A model generated the notes under the pieces. The model had not been told where the DNA came from. It saw only the letters and a list, made by a program, of their open reading frames with translations, and ran no database searches. DNA of 64,000 nt. It comes from an uncultured Chloroflexia bacterium. Lineage in GTDB: Bacteria > Chloroflexota > Limnocylindria > Limnocylindrales > CSP1-4. The stretch covers positions 651,791-715,790 of the forward strand of contig CAVUJW010000013.1 of NCBI GenBank assembly GCA_963741915.1. The letters run 5' to 3'. This document shows positions 23,609 through 34,100 of this stretch, piece after piece. A program made the position numbers and the translations under genes. Every line of letters starts with the position of its first letter. The first letter of the stretch is position 1.

Positions 23609-25345
23609 TCAGGCGAGGCTTGCGACGTAGACCTCGTGGGCGCCGAGGTCGATCTCCCCGCCTGCGTCCTGGACGGGCGGCCGATCCCGGCTCGACAACA
23701 GCACGCGCAGGGTTCCGGGCGGCAGGTCGAGGCGGATCGCCTGGTCGCGATCGGTCATGTTGAGGACGACCACGCAGGTCTCGCCGGCGGCCGAACGACG
23801 GAATGCCAGGTGCCCTTCCGCGTCGGTGTTCAGCAGGGTGCAATCGCCGCACCGGAGCGGGCGGTGCCGCCGCCGCACCCGGATCAGGCGCCGGTAGAAC
23901 TCGAGCAGGGAGCCAGGGTCGTCGCGCTGGTCGTCGACGTTGATGCCCTCGGCGTAGGTGCCGCTGACCGGCAGCCAGGTCACGGTGCCGTCCGGGCTGA
24001 ACCCGGCGTTGGGCGCGTTCGACCACTGCATCGGGGTTCGGCTCTTGTCACGTCCGTGCCTCGCCGCCAGGTCGACCGCGTCGGCCTCCGACAGGCCGAG
24101 CTCCTCGAGCGCGGCCCGGTGCAGCCAGCGCCCCCAGTTGTCACGGAACCTGCCCGCGTCATCCAGCAGGAGGTCGGTCATGCCGATCTCCTCGCCGTAG
24201 TAGAGGAAGGGCGAACCGGGCAGGGTGAGGACCAGCGCGGCGGCCAGGCGAGCGGTCGCGAGATCGCGGCCGCCACTCTCCAGGCGGGACCGAACGCGAG
24301 GCTCATCGTGGTTGCCCAGGGTGTTCGCCGCCCACGCACCCTCCGGGATCGCTGCCCAGCGCTCGACCAGGAGCCTGCGGACCGCATCCGGACGCAGCCA
24401 CGACGTCCGCATCAGCGGGAAGTTGAACACCAGGTGCAGCTCGTCGCCGGCCGACCCGTAGTACGCGACCTGGTCCGTCTCGCCGATCAGCACCCGGCCG
24501 GGATACTGGTCGACCACGGCCCGCAGGTCGCGCATCAGCTCGTGCACCTCGGGCTGGTCGAGCTGGCGGGCAAAGATCCGCGCCAGGCCCGCCTCGATCG
24601 CGGCCCGTTCGTCGTCGGTGCGCGCCGTGATCCATCCGCGGCGCAGCTCGGACAGCGTGCGCGGTTCATCGTGATCCCTCAGCGCCGCGTCCTCGAAGGC
24701 TGCGTCCGGGGCGTCCAGGCGGAAGCCGTCGACGCCGAGGTCAAGCCAGAACCGCATGACGTCCGCGATCGCGCGCCTCACCTCCGGGTTCCGATAGTTG
24801 AGGTCGGGCTGCTCGCGCAGGAAGGCGTGGTAGAAGTACTGGTCGGTCGCCTCGTCCAGCGCCCAGGCAGAGCCGCCGAACTGCGACATCCAGTTGTTGG
24901 GCGGTCCTCCATCATGGGGGTCCTGCCAGACGTACCAGTCCCGCCTGGCGCTCGTCCGGCTGGAGCGTGACTCGAGGAACCACGGGTGCTGATCGGAGGT
25001 GTGGTTGAGCACGAGGTCGATCACGACGCGGATGCCGCGCGCATGGGCGGCGTCGAGGAAGGCGCAGAAGTCCTCGAGGGTCCCGTAAGCGGGATCGACG
25101 CCCACGAAGTCGCTGACGTCGTAGCCGAGGTCGGCCTGAGGCGACGGATAGTGCGGGGACAGCCAGATGGCGTCGATCCCGAGGTCGGACAGGTGGTCGA
25201 GCCGGCTGGTCAGGCCTGGCAGGTCGCCGATGCCATCGCCATTGCCGTCGGCGAAGCTCCGCGGGTAGACCTGGTAGAAGACGGCCTCCTTCCACCACGC
25301 GCTCGGGCGGCCCGCGATCGTGCCGGGTACCGCGGGCGTCGTCAT
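23609..25345 (-). CDS. GH13 alpha-glucosidase / oligo-1,6-glucosidase-type enzyme
   Basis: ORF 23609-25345. WWKEAVFYQVYPRSFADGNGDGIGDL, GIDAIWLSP, GFRLDA. Confidence 0.9.
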   Translation of the reverse strand: MTTPAVPGTIAGRPSAWWKEAVFYQVYPRSFADGNGDGIGDLPGLTSRLDHLSDLGIDAIWLSPHYPSPQADLGYDVSDFVGVDPAYGTLEDFCAFLDAAHARGIRVVIDLVLNHTSDQHPWFLESRSSRTSARRDWYVWQDPHDGGPPNNWMSQFGGSAWALDEATDQYFYHAFLREQPDLNYRNPEVRRAIADVMRFWLDLGVDGFRLDAPDAAFEDAALRDHDEPRTLSELRRGWITARTDDERAAIEAGLARIFARQLDQPEVHELMRDLRAVVDQYPGRVLIGETDQVAYYGSAGDELHLVFNFPLMRTSWLRPDAVRRLLVERWAAIPEGAWAANTLGNHDEPRVRSRLESGGRDLATARLAAALVLTLPGSPFLYYGEEIGMTDLLLDDAGRFRDNWGRWLHRAALEELGLSEADAVDLAARHGRDKSRTPMQWSNAPNAGFSPDGTVTWLPVSGTYAEGINVDDQRDDPGSLLEFYRRLIRVRRRHRPLRCGDCTLLNTDAEGHLAFRRSAAGETCVVVLNMTDRDQAIRLDLPPGTLRVLLSSRDRPPVQDAGGEIDLGAHEVYVASLA

Positions 25346-25364
25346 CTGGGGATTGCGACCCAGG

Positions 25365-26798
25365 CTAGCCGGCCTTGACGTAGACCGGGTTGGTGAGCGC
25401 CAGCAGGTCCCCGTTGGGCTGGGTGCCCTGGCGCAGCTCGAGGCGCCACCACCGCTCGGCGGTCATCGGCCGCTCGTCCACGCGCGAAGGGCCCGGGTCA
25501 CAGGTGGCGAGCGGCCGGATCGACCCGGAGGTCGCATACCACAGCGTGGCCGGCTGCTCGAGGCGTTCGACGTCGATGGCCAGGCGGAACGCGCCGTCGG
25601 CCGGCAGCTCCATCCCAGGCATGCGGATCTCGACCCCATCGGAGCCGGTCGCCCGGAAGGTCACGATCGGCCCCGCCGAGAGGAACACGCGTCCGAGCCG
25701 GATGCCGTCGAGGATCGACCGCTCGCTCGGGTCGCCGGCTCGGACGTAGGTCGAGGCCGCGCCGGGGGCTGCATCGTCCTCGGCGGCGTGGCTGTCGGTC
25801 CCCGAGATCGCCGTGATCCGGTATCCGGCGTCGAGGAGGTCGGTCCAGAAGGCCAGGGCACCCTCGTTGTCCGATTCGGCCAGCGCCCAGTGGGCGTTCC
25901 AGACCTCCATCGCGTCGATCGTGGCGTAGTCGGCGGACGCGTACTCCCAGCGGCATGCCCCGCACCACGGGTCGCCGTAGGCCATCGGGTGGTTGATCGA
26001 GACGAGCGCGCCCTGGCGATGCGCCGCTTCGACGATGCTGGCCGGGCCGCCGCCGCGTCGCTGGTCGCGCCAGTCGATCGGCGCGCTCAACCCGAGGCCG
26101 TTGATGTGCCCGTAGAACGTCGTGATCTCGCTGCCCCGGATCGGGGTGATCCCCTCGGGCCACGAGGCCGCCTCGCGCAGGTGGCTGGTCGTGTTGTGGT
26201 CGGTGATCGCGAGGAAGTCGAGCCCGTGGTCGAGGGCTCGCTGCGCCCGCTCCGCGACGGTGACCTCCCCGTCGCTGTGGACCGTGTGGGCGTGGAGGTC
26301 GCCGCGATACCACCGCTCACCGCCGGCCGCCAGCCGGCTACCGGGCACCGGTGCGGCGGCGATGCCGGACCCGGCCGGCCGGCCGGTCGTCGCCGTGGCC
26401 ACGAGCTCGTAGCTGACGAAGCCGGTCTCGGCACCGTCGTTGAGGATCACGCCCGTGTCGACGTTGACGGTCCAGGGGCCCGGCGCGAGCGGCCCGGCGA
26501 GCGCGCCCAAGGTGGCCTCGGTCTCGCCGATCACGATCAGCTGCTCGTCGCCCGATTTCGTGGGGGTTCCCCGGAACCCGTCGGCGTCGAACAGGCTCAG
26601 CCCGACCGAGTTCGCCGCGTGCTCCGAGCCGAGGTCGTGGGGTCCCCAGCGAAGGTGGACCCGCAGCTCGACCGTGCGATCGGGGACCCAGATCTCGAAG
26701 CGGTGGTGCTGGTGCGAGTCGCGATGGGTCCAGGTACCGGACCGGTCGAGCAGGGTCTCGGTCCGCTCGGTCGCCACGACTCGCTCAGGCCACGCCAT
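25365..26798 (-). CDS. PHP-domain metallohydrolase (CehA/McbA-like) with an N-terminal domain of about 180 aa and unknown function
   Basis: ORF 25365-26798. YRGDLHAHTVHSDG, FLAITDHN, SINHP, ISGTDSH. Start overlaps the GH4 gene end by 14 nt. Confidence 0.7.
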   Translation of the reverse strand: MAWPERVVATERTETLLDRSGTWTHRDSHQHHRFEIWVPDRTVELRVHLRWGPHDLGSEHAANSVGLSLFDADGFRGTPTKSGDEQLIVIGETEATLGALAGPLAPGPWTVNVDTGVILNDGAETGFVSYELVATATTGRPAGSGIAAAPVPGSRLAAGGERWYRGDLHAHTVHSDGEVTVAERAQRALDHGLDFLAITDHNTTSHLREAASWPEGITPIRGSEITTFYGHINGLGLSAPIDWRDQRRGGGPASIVEAAHRQGALVSINHPMAYGDPWCGACRWEYASADYATIDAMEVWNAHWALAESDNEGALAFWTDLLDAGYRITAISGTDSHAAEDDAAPGAASTYVRAGDPSERSILDGIRLGRVFLSAGPIVTFRATGSDGVEIRMPGMELPADGAFRLAIDVERLEQPATLWYATSGSIRPLATCDPGPSRVDERPMTAERWWRLELRQGTQPNGDLLALTNPVYVKAG

Positions 26799-28131
26799 AC
26801 CGCTCGACGAGCGTCGGCTGGCCCGCGATGTAGCCGTCGAGGATGCGCCCCGCGACCTCGACCGACGGCACGAGCGGATGCATCGCGAGGGCCTTGATGG
26901 CCATCCCGCGGGAACCGGAGAGCGCCGCTTCGATGGCCGCCCGCTCGGCCGCCCGGACGGACAGGATCAGGCCCTGGGCGTCGAGGGGGACGCTGCCGAT
27001 GGCCGCCGGCACGACCCCGCCCCGACCGATGATGCACGGCACCTCGACGATCGCGTCCTCGTCGAGGAACGGCAGGCTCGAGCGGTTCGGCACGTCGAGG
27101 ATCATCACCCGGTAGCCGTCGCCGTACAGGCCGTCCACGAGATTCAGCGCGAGGGTTCCGTAATCGCCCGGCCCGCGCGCCGCGACGACCCCGGCCATCG
27201 CGTCCTCGCGCCCCGTCCAGGCCTCCTCCATGTAGTGCGACTCGCGGTCGGCGTGGGTGCGGCGCCAATCGCGGAGCGCCTCGGCAGGGGAGCCGTTCCC
27301 GGCGTAGAACGCGGCCTGCTGTCGCTCGAGGAAGGCCGAGCGGACTCTGCCGGCCTGCATCGCCTCGAGGGCCTCCGCGTTGTAGTAGTAGTAGTACAGG
27401 TACTCGTTCGGGATCATGCCCACCGAGCGTAGCCAGTCGGCGCCGAACAGCCGGCCCTCCTCGAACGTCTCGAGCCGTTCGGGATCCGCGAGCAGCGCGG
27501 GCAGCACGTCCCGGCCTTCGTCGAGGACGCCGCGCAGCCAGCCGAGGTGGTTGATCCCGAAGTAGTCGAACCACAGCTCCTCGGGCGGCCGTCCCAGCGC
27601 TCCCGCGACCCGCTTGCACAGGTCGAGCGGCGCGTCGCAGATCCCGATCACCCGGTTTCCCAGGATGCGTCGAGCCGCCTCGGTCACCAGCCCGACCGGG
27701 TTCGTGAAGTTGACGAACGTCGCGCCGGGCGCCCGCCGCGCCACGACCTCGGCGATCTCGGTCACGACCGGCACGGTGCGCAGCGCGAACGTGATCCCGC
27801 CGGCCCCGGTCGTCTCCTGCCCGATCACGCCCTGGGCGATCGCGGCTGTCTCGTCGAGGATCCGGCCGGCCATGCCCCCGGCGCGAACCGCACAGTAGAC
27901 GACGTCCGCGCCGTCAACGGCCGCCTCGAGGCTCGTCGTCATCCTCACCGGCGGCGCCGCCCCGACCTCCTGGGAGATGCCGTCGAGGACGCGCGCGATC
28001 CGGTCGAGGCGCGCCTGATCGATGTCGTGGAAGGCGATCTCGTCGTAACGCGTCGTGACGTCGCCCGCGGCGAGGGCCCGGTAGATGACTGGCGTCCGGA
28101 AGCCCCCGGCGCCGATCAGGGTGAGCTTCAT
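26785..28131 (-). CDS. GH4-family NAD/Mn-dependent glycosidase
   Basis: In-frame ATG 28131 (MKLTLIGAGGFRTP) within ORF 26785-29565. NFTNP, ICDAP, INHLGW. Confidence 0.8.
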   Translation of the reverse strand: MKLTLIGAGGFRTPVIYRALAAGDVTTRYDEIAFHDIDQARLDRIARVLDGISQEVGAAPPVRMTTSLEAAVDGADVVYCAVRAGGMAGRILDETAAIAQGVIGQETTGAGGITFALRTVPVVTEIAEVVARRAPGATFVNFTNPVGLVTEAARRILGNRVIGICDAPLDLCKRVAGALGRPPEELWFDYFGINHLGWLRGVLDEGRDVLPALLADPERLETFEEGRLFGADWLRSVGMIPNEYLYYYYYNAEALEAMQAGRVRSAFLERQQAAFYAGNGSPAEALRDWRRTHADRESHYMEEAWTGREDAMAGVVAARGPGDYGTLALNLVDGLYGDGYRVMILDVPNRSSLPFLDEDAIVEVPCIIGRGGVVPAAIGSVPLDAQGLILSVRAAERAAIEAALSGSRGMAIKALAMHPLVPSVEVAGRILDGYIAGQPTLVERYGVA

Positions 28132-28137
28132 GCCATG

Positions 28138-28166
28138 ATTGAACCAAAACTGAACCGCAAGAGCAA
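28138..28166 (-). promoter_or_regulatory. GGTTCA-repeat promoter module, copy directly abutting the GH4 start (leaderless geometry)
   Basis: Reverse strand reads TTGCTC-ttgc-GGTTCA-gtttt-GGTTCAAT, then catggc (6 nt), then ATG 28131. Confidence 0.55.
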
Positions 28167-28232
28167 GCCTGATTTTGGGATCGTCCGTCGATGCCCTGGC
28201 CCGCCCCGGCGACGAAAGCCCGGTGAGATGGG

Positions 28233-29027
28233 CTAGAGGGCGAGCCTGGGGGAGCCGACGCCGGCCGTGAGGGTCGTCGCGAAGGCGTAGCGGTCGCCGC
28301 GGTTCTGCAGGCGCGCCGTCTCGAATGGCTCGTCGTACTGATCGAACGTCATCTCGTCGAGCTCGAGCAGCGGGTCCCCGGTCGCGACGGTGAGCAAGGT
28401 CGCGACGCGCTCGCTCGCGGGCACGGCCCGTACCACGACCTCGGCGCGGCTCCCGATGAGCCCGGCGCGTTCGCGGATCGTCCCGAACAGGGACCGGCTT
28501 GCGAAGTCGACGCCCTTGAGCACGGGGATCAGGCGCGGGTGCAGGACCGAGTGGTCGAACGAGAGCGGGACGCCCTCGACATAGCGGACGCGCTCCAGCT
28601 CGAACACCTTCGCGGAGGTGCCGATCCGGAGGTCGGCAGCCTCTGCGGCCTTCACCGGTCGCACGCGCGCGCTGACCACGGTCGACGTCACGACGTAGCC
28701 GTGGCGAGCCGCCCACTCGGTCAGGCTCGGGGGACCCTCGATCCGCTCGGTCACCGCCTGGCCCACGACGACCCAGCCACCCCGGCCACGGGCCTGGATG
28801 AGCCCCTTCTCGCCCAGGGCCGACAGCGCGCGGCGCAGCGTGTTGCGCGCGACACCCAGGCGCGCACCCAGCTCGCGCTCGGGAGCGAGGCGGCTCCCCG
28901 ACTTCAGCCGGCCGGTGAGGATGTCGGCCTCGATCCGCCGGAGCACCTGCACCGAGGGCAGATCGTCTCCATGGACGTCCCGCCGCCCGTTTCCCGGTTG
29001 CGCATCCGCGGCCTGCCGTTGGTTCAT
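28233..29027 (-). CDS. GntR-family regulator, HutC subfamily (UTRA effector domain)
   Basis: ORF 28233-29117 (ATG 29027 or 29117). ERELGARLGVARNTLRRAL winged HTH. Confidence 0.8.
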   Translation of the reverse strand: MNQRQAADAQPGNGRRDVHGDDLPSVQVLRRIEADILTGRLKSGSRLAPERELGARLGVARNTLRRALSALGEKGLIQARGRGGWVVVGQAVTERIEGPPSLTEWAARHGYVVTSTVVSARVRPVKAAEAADLRIGTSAKVFELERVRYVEGVPLSFDHSVLHPRLIPVLKGVDFASRSLFGTIRERAGLIGSRAEVVVRAVPASERVATLLTVATGDPLLELDEMTFDQYDEPFETARLQNRGDRYAFATTLTAGVGSPRLAL

Positions 29028-29185
29028 TGTTGGTACGCTCGACCCCACCAGAAGCTCCCTCCGCGGCGACCCGGTCGGCTCGGCCGCCTCCGTGCCGGGG
29101 CGGCCAGGGGGCCTCATGGGCGCCCGATCCTAGGAGATCGCATTGTATGGCCTGACGTTGGCGCATTTCTGGTGAGGATCCTCGC

Positions 29186-30046
29186 GTGAAGGTCGACGTC
29201 GTCTGCGTCGGCGACCCGTTCCTCGACCTGATCTTCCTCGGCCTCGCCGCGATGCCGGCTCCCGGCGAGGAACGGCTCGCGAGCCGCCTGAAGGTCGTGC
29301 CGGGCGGCATGGCCAACGTGGCGTACGCGCTGCGGCGCCTCGGGCTGGACGCGGTCATCTGCGCCCCGAAAGGCAGGGACGTGGCCGGCCGCTTCCTCGC
29401 CGGGCTGATCGAGGACGCCGGCGTCCCGTGGCATGGACGCGAGGGCAAATCGACGCCGGTGACCGTCGCCCTGCCGGCCGCCGGGGACCGTGCGCTGCTC
29501 AGCTTCATGCCGGCGCCCACCGTGGACATCGAGACGCTGCGAGGCCTCACGATGCTCGCCGTCATCGTCGACCTGCCGTCGGCCCCCCTGCTGCCGCCGG
29601 TGCCGTGCGCCTACGCGGTCGTCGGTGATCCGGAGGTCGCCACCCTGGCCGGGCGGCTCCCCGCGACGCTCGGCGGGATCCACGCCCTGATCCTGAATGA
29701 GCGTGAGGCGAGCGGGCTCACCGGGGCGCCCGATGCCCGATCGGCCGGGCGGCACCTGGCCTCGCTCGGCACGACCGTCGTCGTGACGCGCGGTCCGCTG
29801 GGCGTCCTGGCGGTCCAGCCCGACGGGCAGACGGTCGAGGTCGCGGCGCCCCGGGCCGACGTTGGCGATGCGACCGGCGCCGGCGACCTGTTCGTCGCGG
29901 CCTACACCTGGGCAGACCTCGAGGGCCGTCCGCTCGAGGAGCGGCTGCGCCTGGCGGCGAGCTACGCCTCGATGTCGCTGGAGCGGGCGACGGATGGCCT
30001 GAAGGGGATCACCCTGCGCGAGTTCGACCAGCTGATGCCCGGTTGA
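29186..30046 (+). CDS. PfkB-family carbohydrate kinase
   Basis: ORF 29186-30046 (GTG start). C-terminal DATGAGDLF motif. Confidence 0.8.
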   Translation: MKVDVVCVGDPFLDLIFLGLAAMPAPGEERLASRLKVVPGGMANVAYALRRLGLDAVICAPKGRDVAGRFLAGLIEDAGVPWHGREGKSTPVTVALPAAGDRALLSFMPAPTVDIETLRGLTMLAVIVDLPSAPLLPPVPCAYAVVGDPEVATLAGRLPATLGGIHALILNEREASGLTGAPDARSAGRHLASLGTTVVVTRGPLGVLAVQPDGQTVEVAAPRADVGDATGAGDLFVAAYTWADLEGRPLEERLRLAASYASMSLERATDGLKGITLREFDQLMPG

Positions 30047-31161
30047 GCTCCGTCCCTGGGCAGCGCCCCCTCCGCGTGGCCCTGATCGGGTTCGGCACGG
30101 CCGGAGCGGTGCTGCACGCACCGCTCGTCGCCGCGACCGCCGGTCTCGAGCTCGCTGCGATCGTGACCGCCCGGCCCGTCCGTCGCCGGGCCGCCCGAGC
30201 CGCCTATCCGACGGCCGCCATCCTCGACCACGTCGGCGACGTGTGGCGCGGCGCGTTCGATCTCGCCGTCATCGCCACCTCGAGCGGAGCCCATGCCGAG
30301 CTCGTGGAGCAGGCGATCGACGCCCGGATCGCGGTGGTCGTGGACAAGCCGCTGGCGACCTCCGCCGCGGCGGCGGAGCAGCTCGTCCGGCGGGCCCGGG
30401 CCCGGCGCGTGCCGCTCACCGTGTTCCAGAACCGGCGCTGGGACAGCGACTTCCTGACGGTTCGAGCGGTGTTGGCGCAGGGTCGCCTGGGCCGGCCATT
30501 CCGTCTCGAGGCGCGCTTCGAGGGCTACCGGCCCCTGGACCCGTCGGCCTGGCAGGAGAGCCCGGTCCCGGCCGACGGTGGCGGCGTGCTGCTCGATCTC
30601 GGCAGCCATCGGATCGACCAGGTGATGCTGCTGTTCGGCGTTCCGCGGTCGGTCTACTGCGAGCTGCACCGGCGGCGACCCGGTGCCCTGGTCGAGGACG
30701 ACGCCTTCGTCTCGCTCGCCTTCCCGGGCGACGTCGTCGCTCGGCTCTGGCTGAGCAGGACGGCGCATGCCGGTGGACCGGGGTTCCGCGTGCTGGGCCT
30801 GGACGCCGCGTTCGAGATCGGCGGCACCGATCCGCAGTGGGCCGCGCTCGCAGCCGGCGAACGCCCTGGAGGCCGGGGGTGGGGCAGGCATCCGGCCGCG
30901 GGTCGGATCACGAGCGGGGCTCGACCCGGACCCGCGGTCGGCGTGCGCGCCGTCTCCGGCACCTATCAGCGGTTCTACGCGTCCGTCCGCGAGGCGCTCG
31001 TCCGCGGGGAGGCGATGCCCGTGGACCCGGCCGATGCGATCGCCGTCCTGCGCGTGATCGAGGCCGCACGCTCCAGCGCGCAGCGCGGCTGCGCGCTGGA
31101 CCTGGAAAGGCGACCGGCCCGGCCATTCCCGCCCCCCGTCAAAGACGAGCCCCCGCGCTGA
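30043..31161 (+). CDS. Gfo/Idh/MocA-family oxidoreductase
   Basis: ORF 30043-31161 (TTG overlapping the upstream TGA). LRVALIGFGTAG Rossmann fold, VVVDKPLA. Confidence 0.75.
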   Translation: MSSVPGQRPLRVALIGFGTAGAVLHAPLVAATAGLELAAIVTARPVRRRAARAAYPTAAILDHVGDVWRGAFDLAVIATSSGAHAELVEQAIDARIAVVVDKPLATSAAAAEQLVRRARARRVPLTVFQNRRWDSDFLTVRAVLAQGRLGRPFRLEARFEGYRPLDPSAWQESPVPADGGGVLLDLGSHRIDQVMLLFGVPRSVYCELHRRRPGALVEDDAFVSLAFPGDVVARLWLSRTAHAGGPGFRVLGLDAAFEIGGTDPQWAALAAGERPGGRGWGRHPAAGRITSGARPGPAVGVRAVSGTYQRFYASVREALVRGEAMPVDPADAIAVLRVIEAARSSAQRGCALDLERRPARPFPPPVKDEPPR

Positions 31162-34100
31162 CCACCACCCGCCCACGGAGGGTCGTGCCCGTGGTGATGG
31201 GCAACCCGGACCCGAGGTACGCGGACCAGATCGGGTGATTGCCGTCGAGCGTCCGCACCCCGCCATACCAGTCGAGCACGTGGAGCACGGGGAGGCCGTC
31301 GAGCAGCTCGGCGCGCACGTGCTGGGTGCCGTCGGACACCACCGTGAGCGAATGCTCGCCGTCGGTGGCGCCCGCGACGAGGATCCGTCGCTTCGCGCTC
31401 CGATAGTCGTTGCTGCCCGCCGCCGTCGCGTCCTCCTCCCACGCCTCGGCCGGATGGAGCGTCGCGGTTGCGCCCGGAGAACCCACCGCGTACCCGGACG
31501 TCCGCCCGATGTGGCTCGCCGGGTACACCGTCCACTCGCCGATGCGGCGCCACCAGAGGTCGGTCAGCTCCCTCGACGGTCGCACGCTCAGGCCGACCTC
31601 CTTCGCCCGGAACGAGCGTCGCCCGAGGTACGTGGCCTCGTACTCGAACACGACGGTCCGGTCCTCCATCCGGGCGGTGATCGATCCCTGCCAGTCCCAT
31701 CCCACCAGGGGAGCACGCACCGCACCCGGCCCGAGCCCGATGACGTGCCCACCGTCGGTCCGCGGGGTCGGAACGGGGACGTGGGGCATGTCGACGTCGA
31801 TCACGTGGACCTCCGGCCAGCCACGCAGCCAGCGACGATCGGCGCCGGACACGTTCAGCGACCCCGGCTCGGTCAGGTCGAGGTCGAGCGGCACCGCCCG
31901 ATCCTGCACGGCCGCCTGCGGCGACGGCGCTGCGCCGGGCCAGTCCCACTGGTACCCGTCGATGAGCCAGCCTTCGGGGTGCCAGAGCTCGACGCGGACG
32001 GTCGCGGACGGGGCAACGCGGTGCACCGTCAGCTGCGCGCTCTCGCCCGGACGCGCGCTCGGCAGTCCGGCCCCGCCCTCGACCCGCCCGCCGGAGACGC
32101 GGACGTCGATCCCTTCCAGGGAGCGGTGCGAGAAGCGGTTGACCAGGGCCAGGTCGAGCCGCTCGCCCGTGTCGTCCAGGCCGGCGGTCGCCACGCGGAT
32201 GGGCGAGTACATCTGGTGGACGTGCCACAGCTCGGGTCGCGGGCGGTTCCAGGCGTCGAACATGCCCCAGTCGCCGTCACCCCGGCGGAACACGCCCGGC
32301 TCGGACGGGTACTGGTCGCGGGTGCGGACGTAGTCGCCCGCCGGGAGGTGTGCCCACGGCCCCTCGCCGATGGTCAGGTCGAGCGGGATCGCGAACACCT
32401 CACCGAAGCCTGCCCAGATCAGTCCCCCGATCACCCCGTGATCGGCGAGCGCGGCCTCGATGAACGGCTGGTAGCCGGCGCCCCAGTAGTCGCGGATCCC
32501 GGGGTCGATCGCGAGGCCGTAGCCCTCGCCGGGGCCGCGCAGGCTGGGCGCGAACAGCGGGGCGTACTCGTCGAGGACGACCGGCTGGTCGTACGAGCCC
32601 AGCCACGCGAGGTCCTCCTGCCACGTGCGGTCCCAGCCCGGGTAGTGGTAGCTGCGCAGCTCGGGCCGTTGGGCGGCGGGCTTCCGGACCAGCGGGTTCT
32701 CGTCGCCCAGCTCGTTGAGGTCGAACGAGAAGGTGGTGGGACGGGTGGGGTCCATGGATCGGGCAAGGGCGAGCTGGGCGTCGAAGGCGCTGCCCCAGCG
32801 ACTCTCGTTCGCCAGGTCCCAGGCGATGATCGAGCACCGTCCCCGGTCGCGATGGATCGTTTCGGCGGTCACCTCCAGGACGTACGGCGTGAGCTGGGCG
32901 GCCTCGTTCGTCCGCGTCCAGTGGTGATCGTCGAACCCGCCCGAGAAGCAGATCGGCGGCTGCTCGAACACGTACATCCCGATCTCGTCACACGCGTCGA
33001 GGAGATGCGGGCTCGGCGGATAGTGCGACGTCCGGATGACGTTCACGTTCGCCCGGCGCAGGTTGACGACGTCGTCGCGCATGTCGTCGGCCGACAGGGC
33101 CCGGCCCTTGAGGATCCGCGAATCGTGACGGTTGACGCCGCGGATCCGAAGCGGCGCCCCGTTGACGAGGAGCTGATCGCCGCGCGCCTCGACCCGCCGG
33201 AAGCCGACCCGCCGATGGACCGCCTGGGACGCCGCGCCGTCGGCGCCCAGCCTGACCTCCAGGTCGTACAGGCGCGGCTCCTCTGCGGACCACGGGACGA
33301 CGGCCAGGGGATCGGTGGCGAGCACGTCGGTCACGGCAACACCGGCCGCAACCGTTCCCCGCCGACCGGATCGATGGAGCACGCGTCCGTCGGGGTCGCG
33401 GAGGATCACCTCGATGGTGTAGCCGTGGTCGGCCGGGTCGAGGTTGATCGCCTCCGCGCGAACGGTCAGCGTGCCGGTCCTCGCCCCCGGATCCCAGTCC
33501 GCGTCGAGGTCGAGCTGGCCGAGCTGGAGCATCGGCGCGGCGAACACGAGGATGTCGCGCCAGATGCCCAACAGCGACATGTGCGCGTACCAGCTCATGT
33601 CGTCGAGGACGGCGTGGGGCGTGTACTCGGTGAGCGTGACCGCGAGCTCGTTGCGTCCCGGCCGAACGAACGGCGTGAGATCGAGGTCGAACGATGTCGC
33701 CCCGCTGCCATGCACCCCGGCCAGCTCGCCGTTGACGCGAACATCGGCCCGTCCATAGGCGCCGTCGCAGCGCAGGAAGACGGCGCGCGCTGCCCATCCG
33801 GACGGGAGCGCGAACGACCGGTGGAGCGTCCCGACCCCGGCCTCGGGGACCAGCCTGTCGTAGATGACGTGCCCGGGGACCCGGGCCGGGGCGGTCTCGA
33901 GCCCTGGGCCCGCGTGACCACGAAACGGCCCCCCGTGGTAGCGCCACTCGCCGGCGAGGTTCAGGCGGTCGGACGCAGGCGGGAGCTCGCGGAGGCCCCG
34001 GGCGAGGTGGCGCGTGTCGAGCGTGAGCTCGACCACGCGCGGCTCCTCGCCGGTCGCGATCCGGATCGTGCCCTCGCGGCCGCGACCGAGGCGCTCGAGC

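Noticed and set aside
26785-29565. 926-aa ORF as one protein
   Set aside because: Only the C-terminal 448 codons (from ATG 28131, MKLTLIGAGG) look like a GH4 enzyme. The upstream part is low-complexity and overlaps the GntR gene in another frame.
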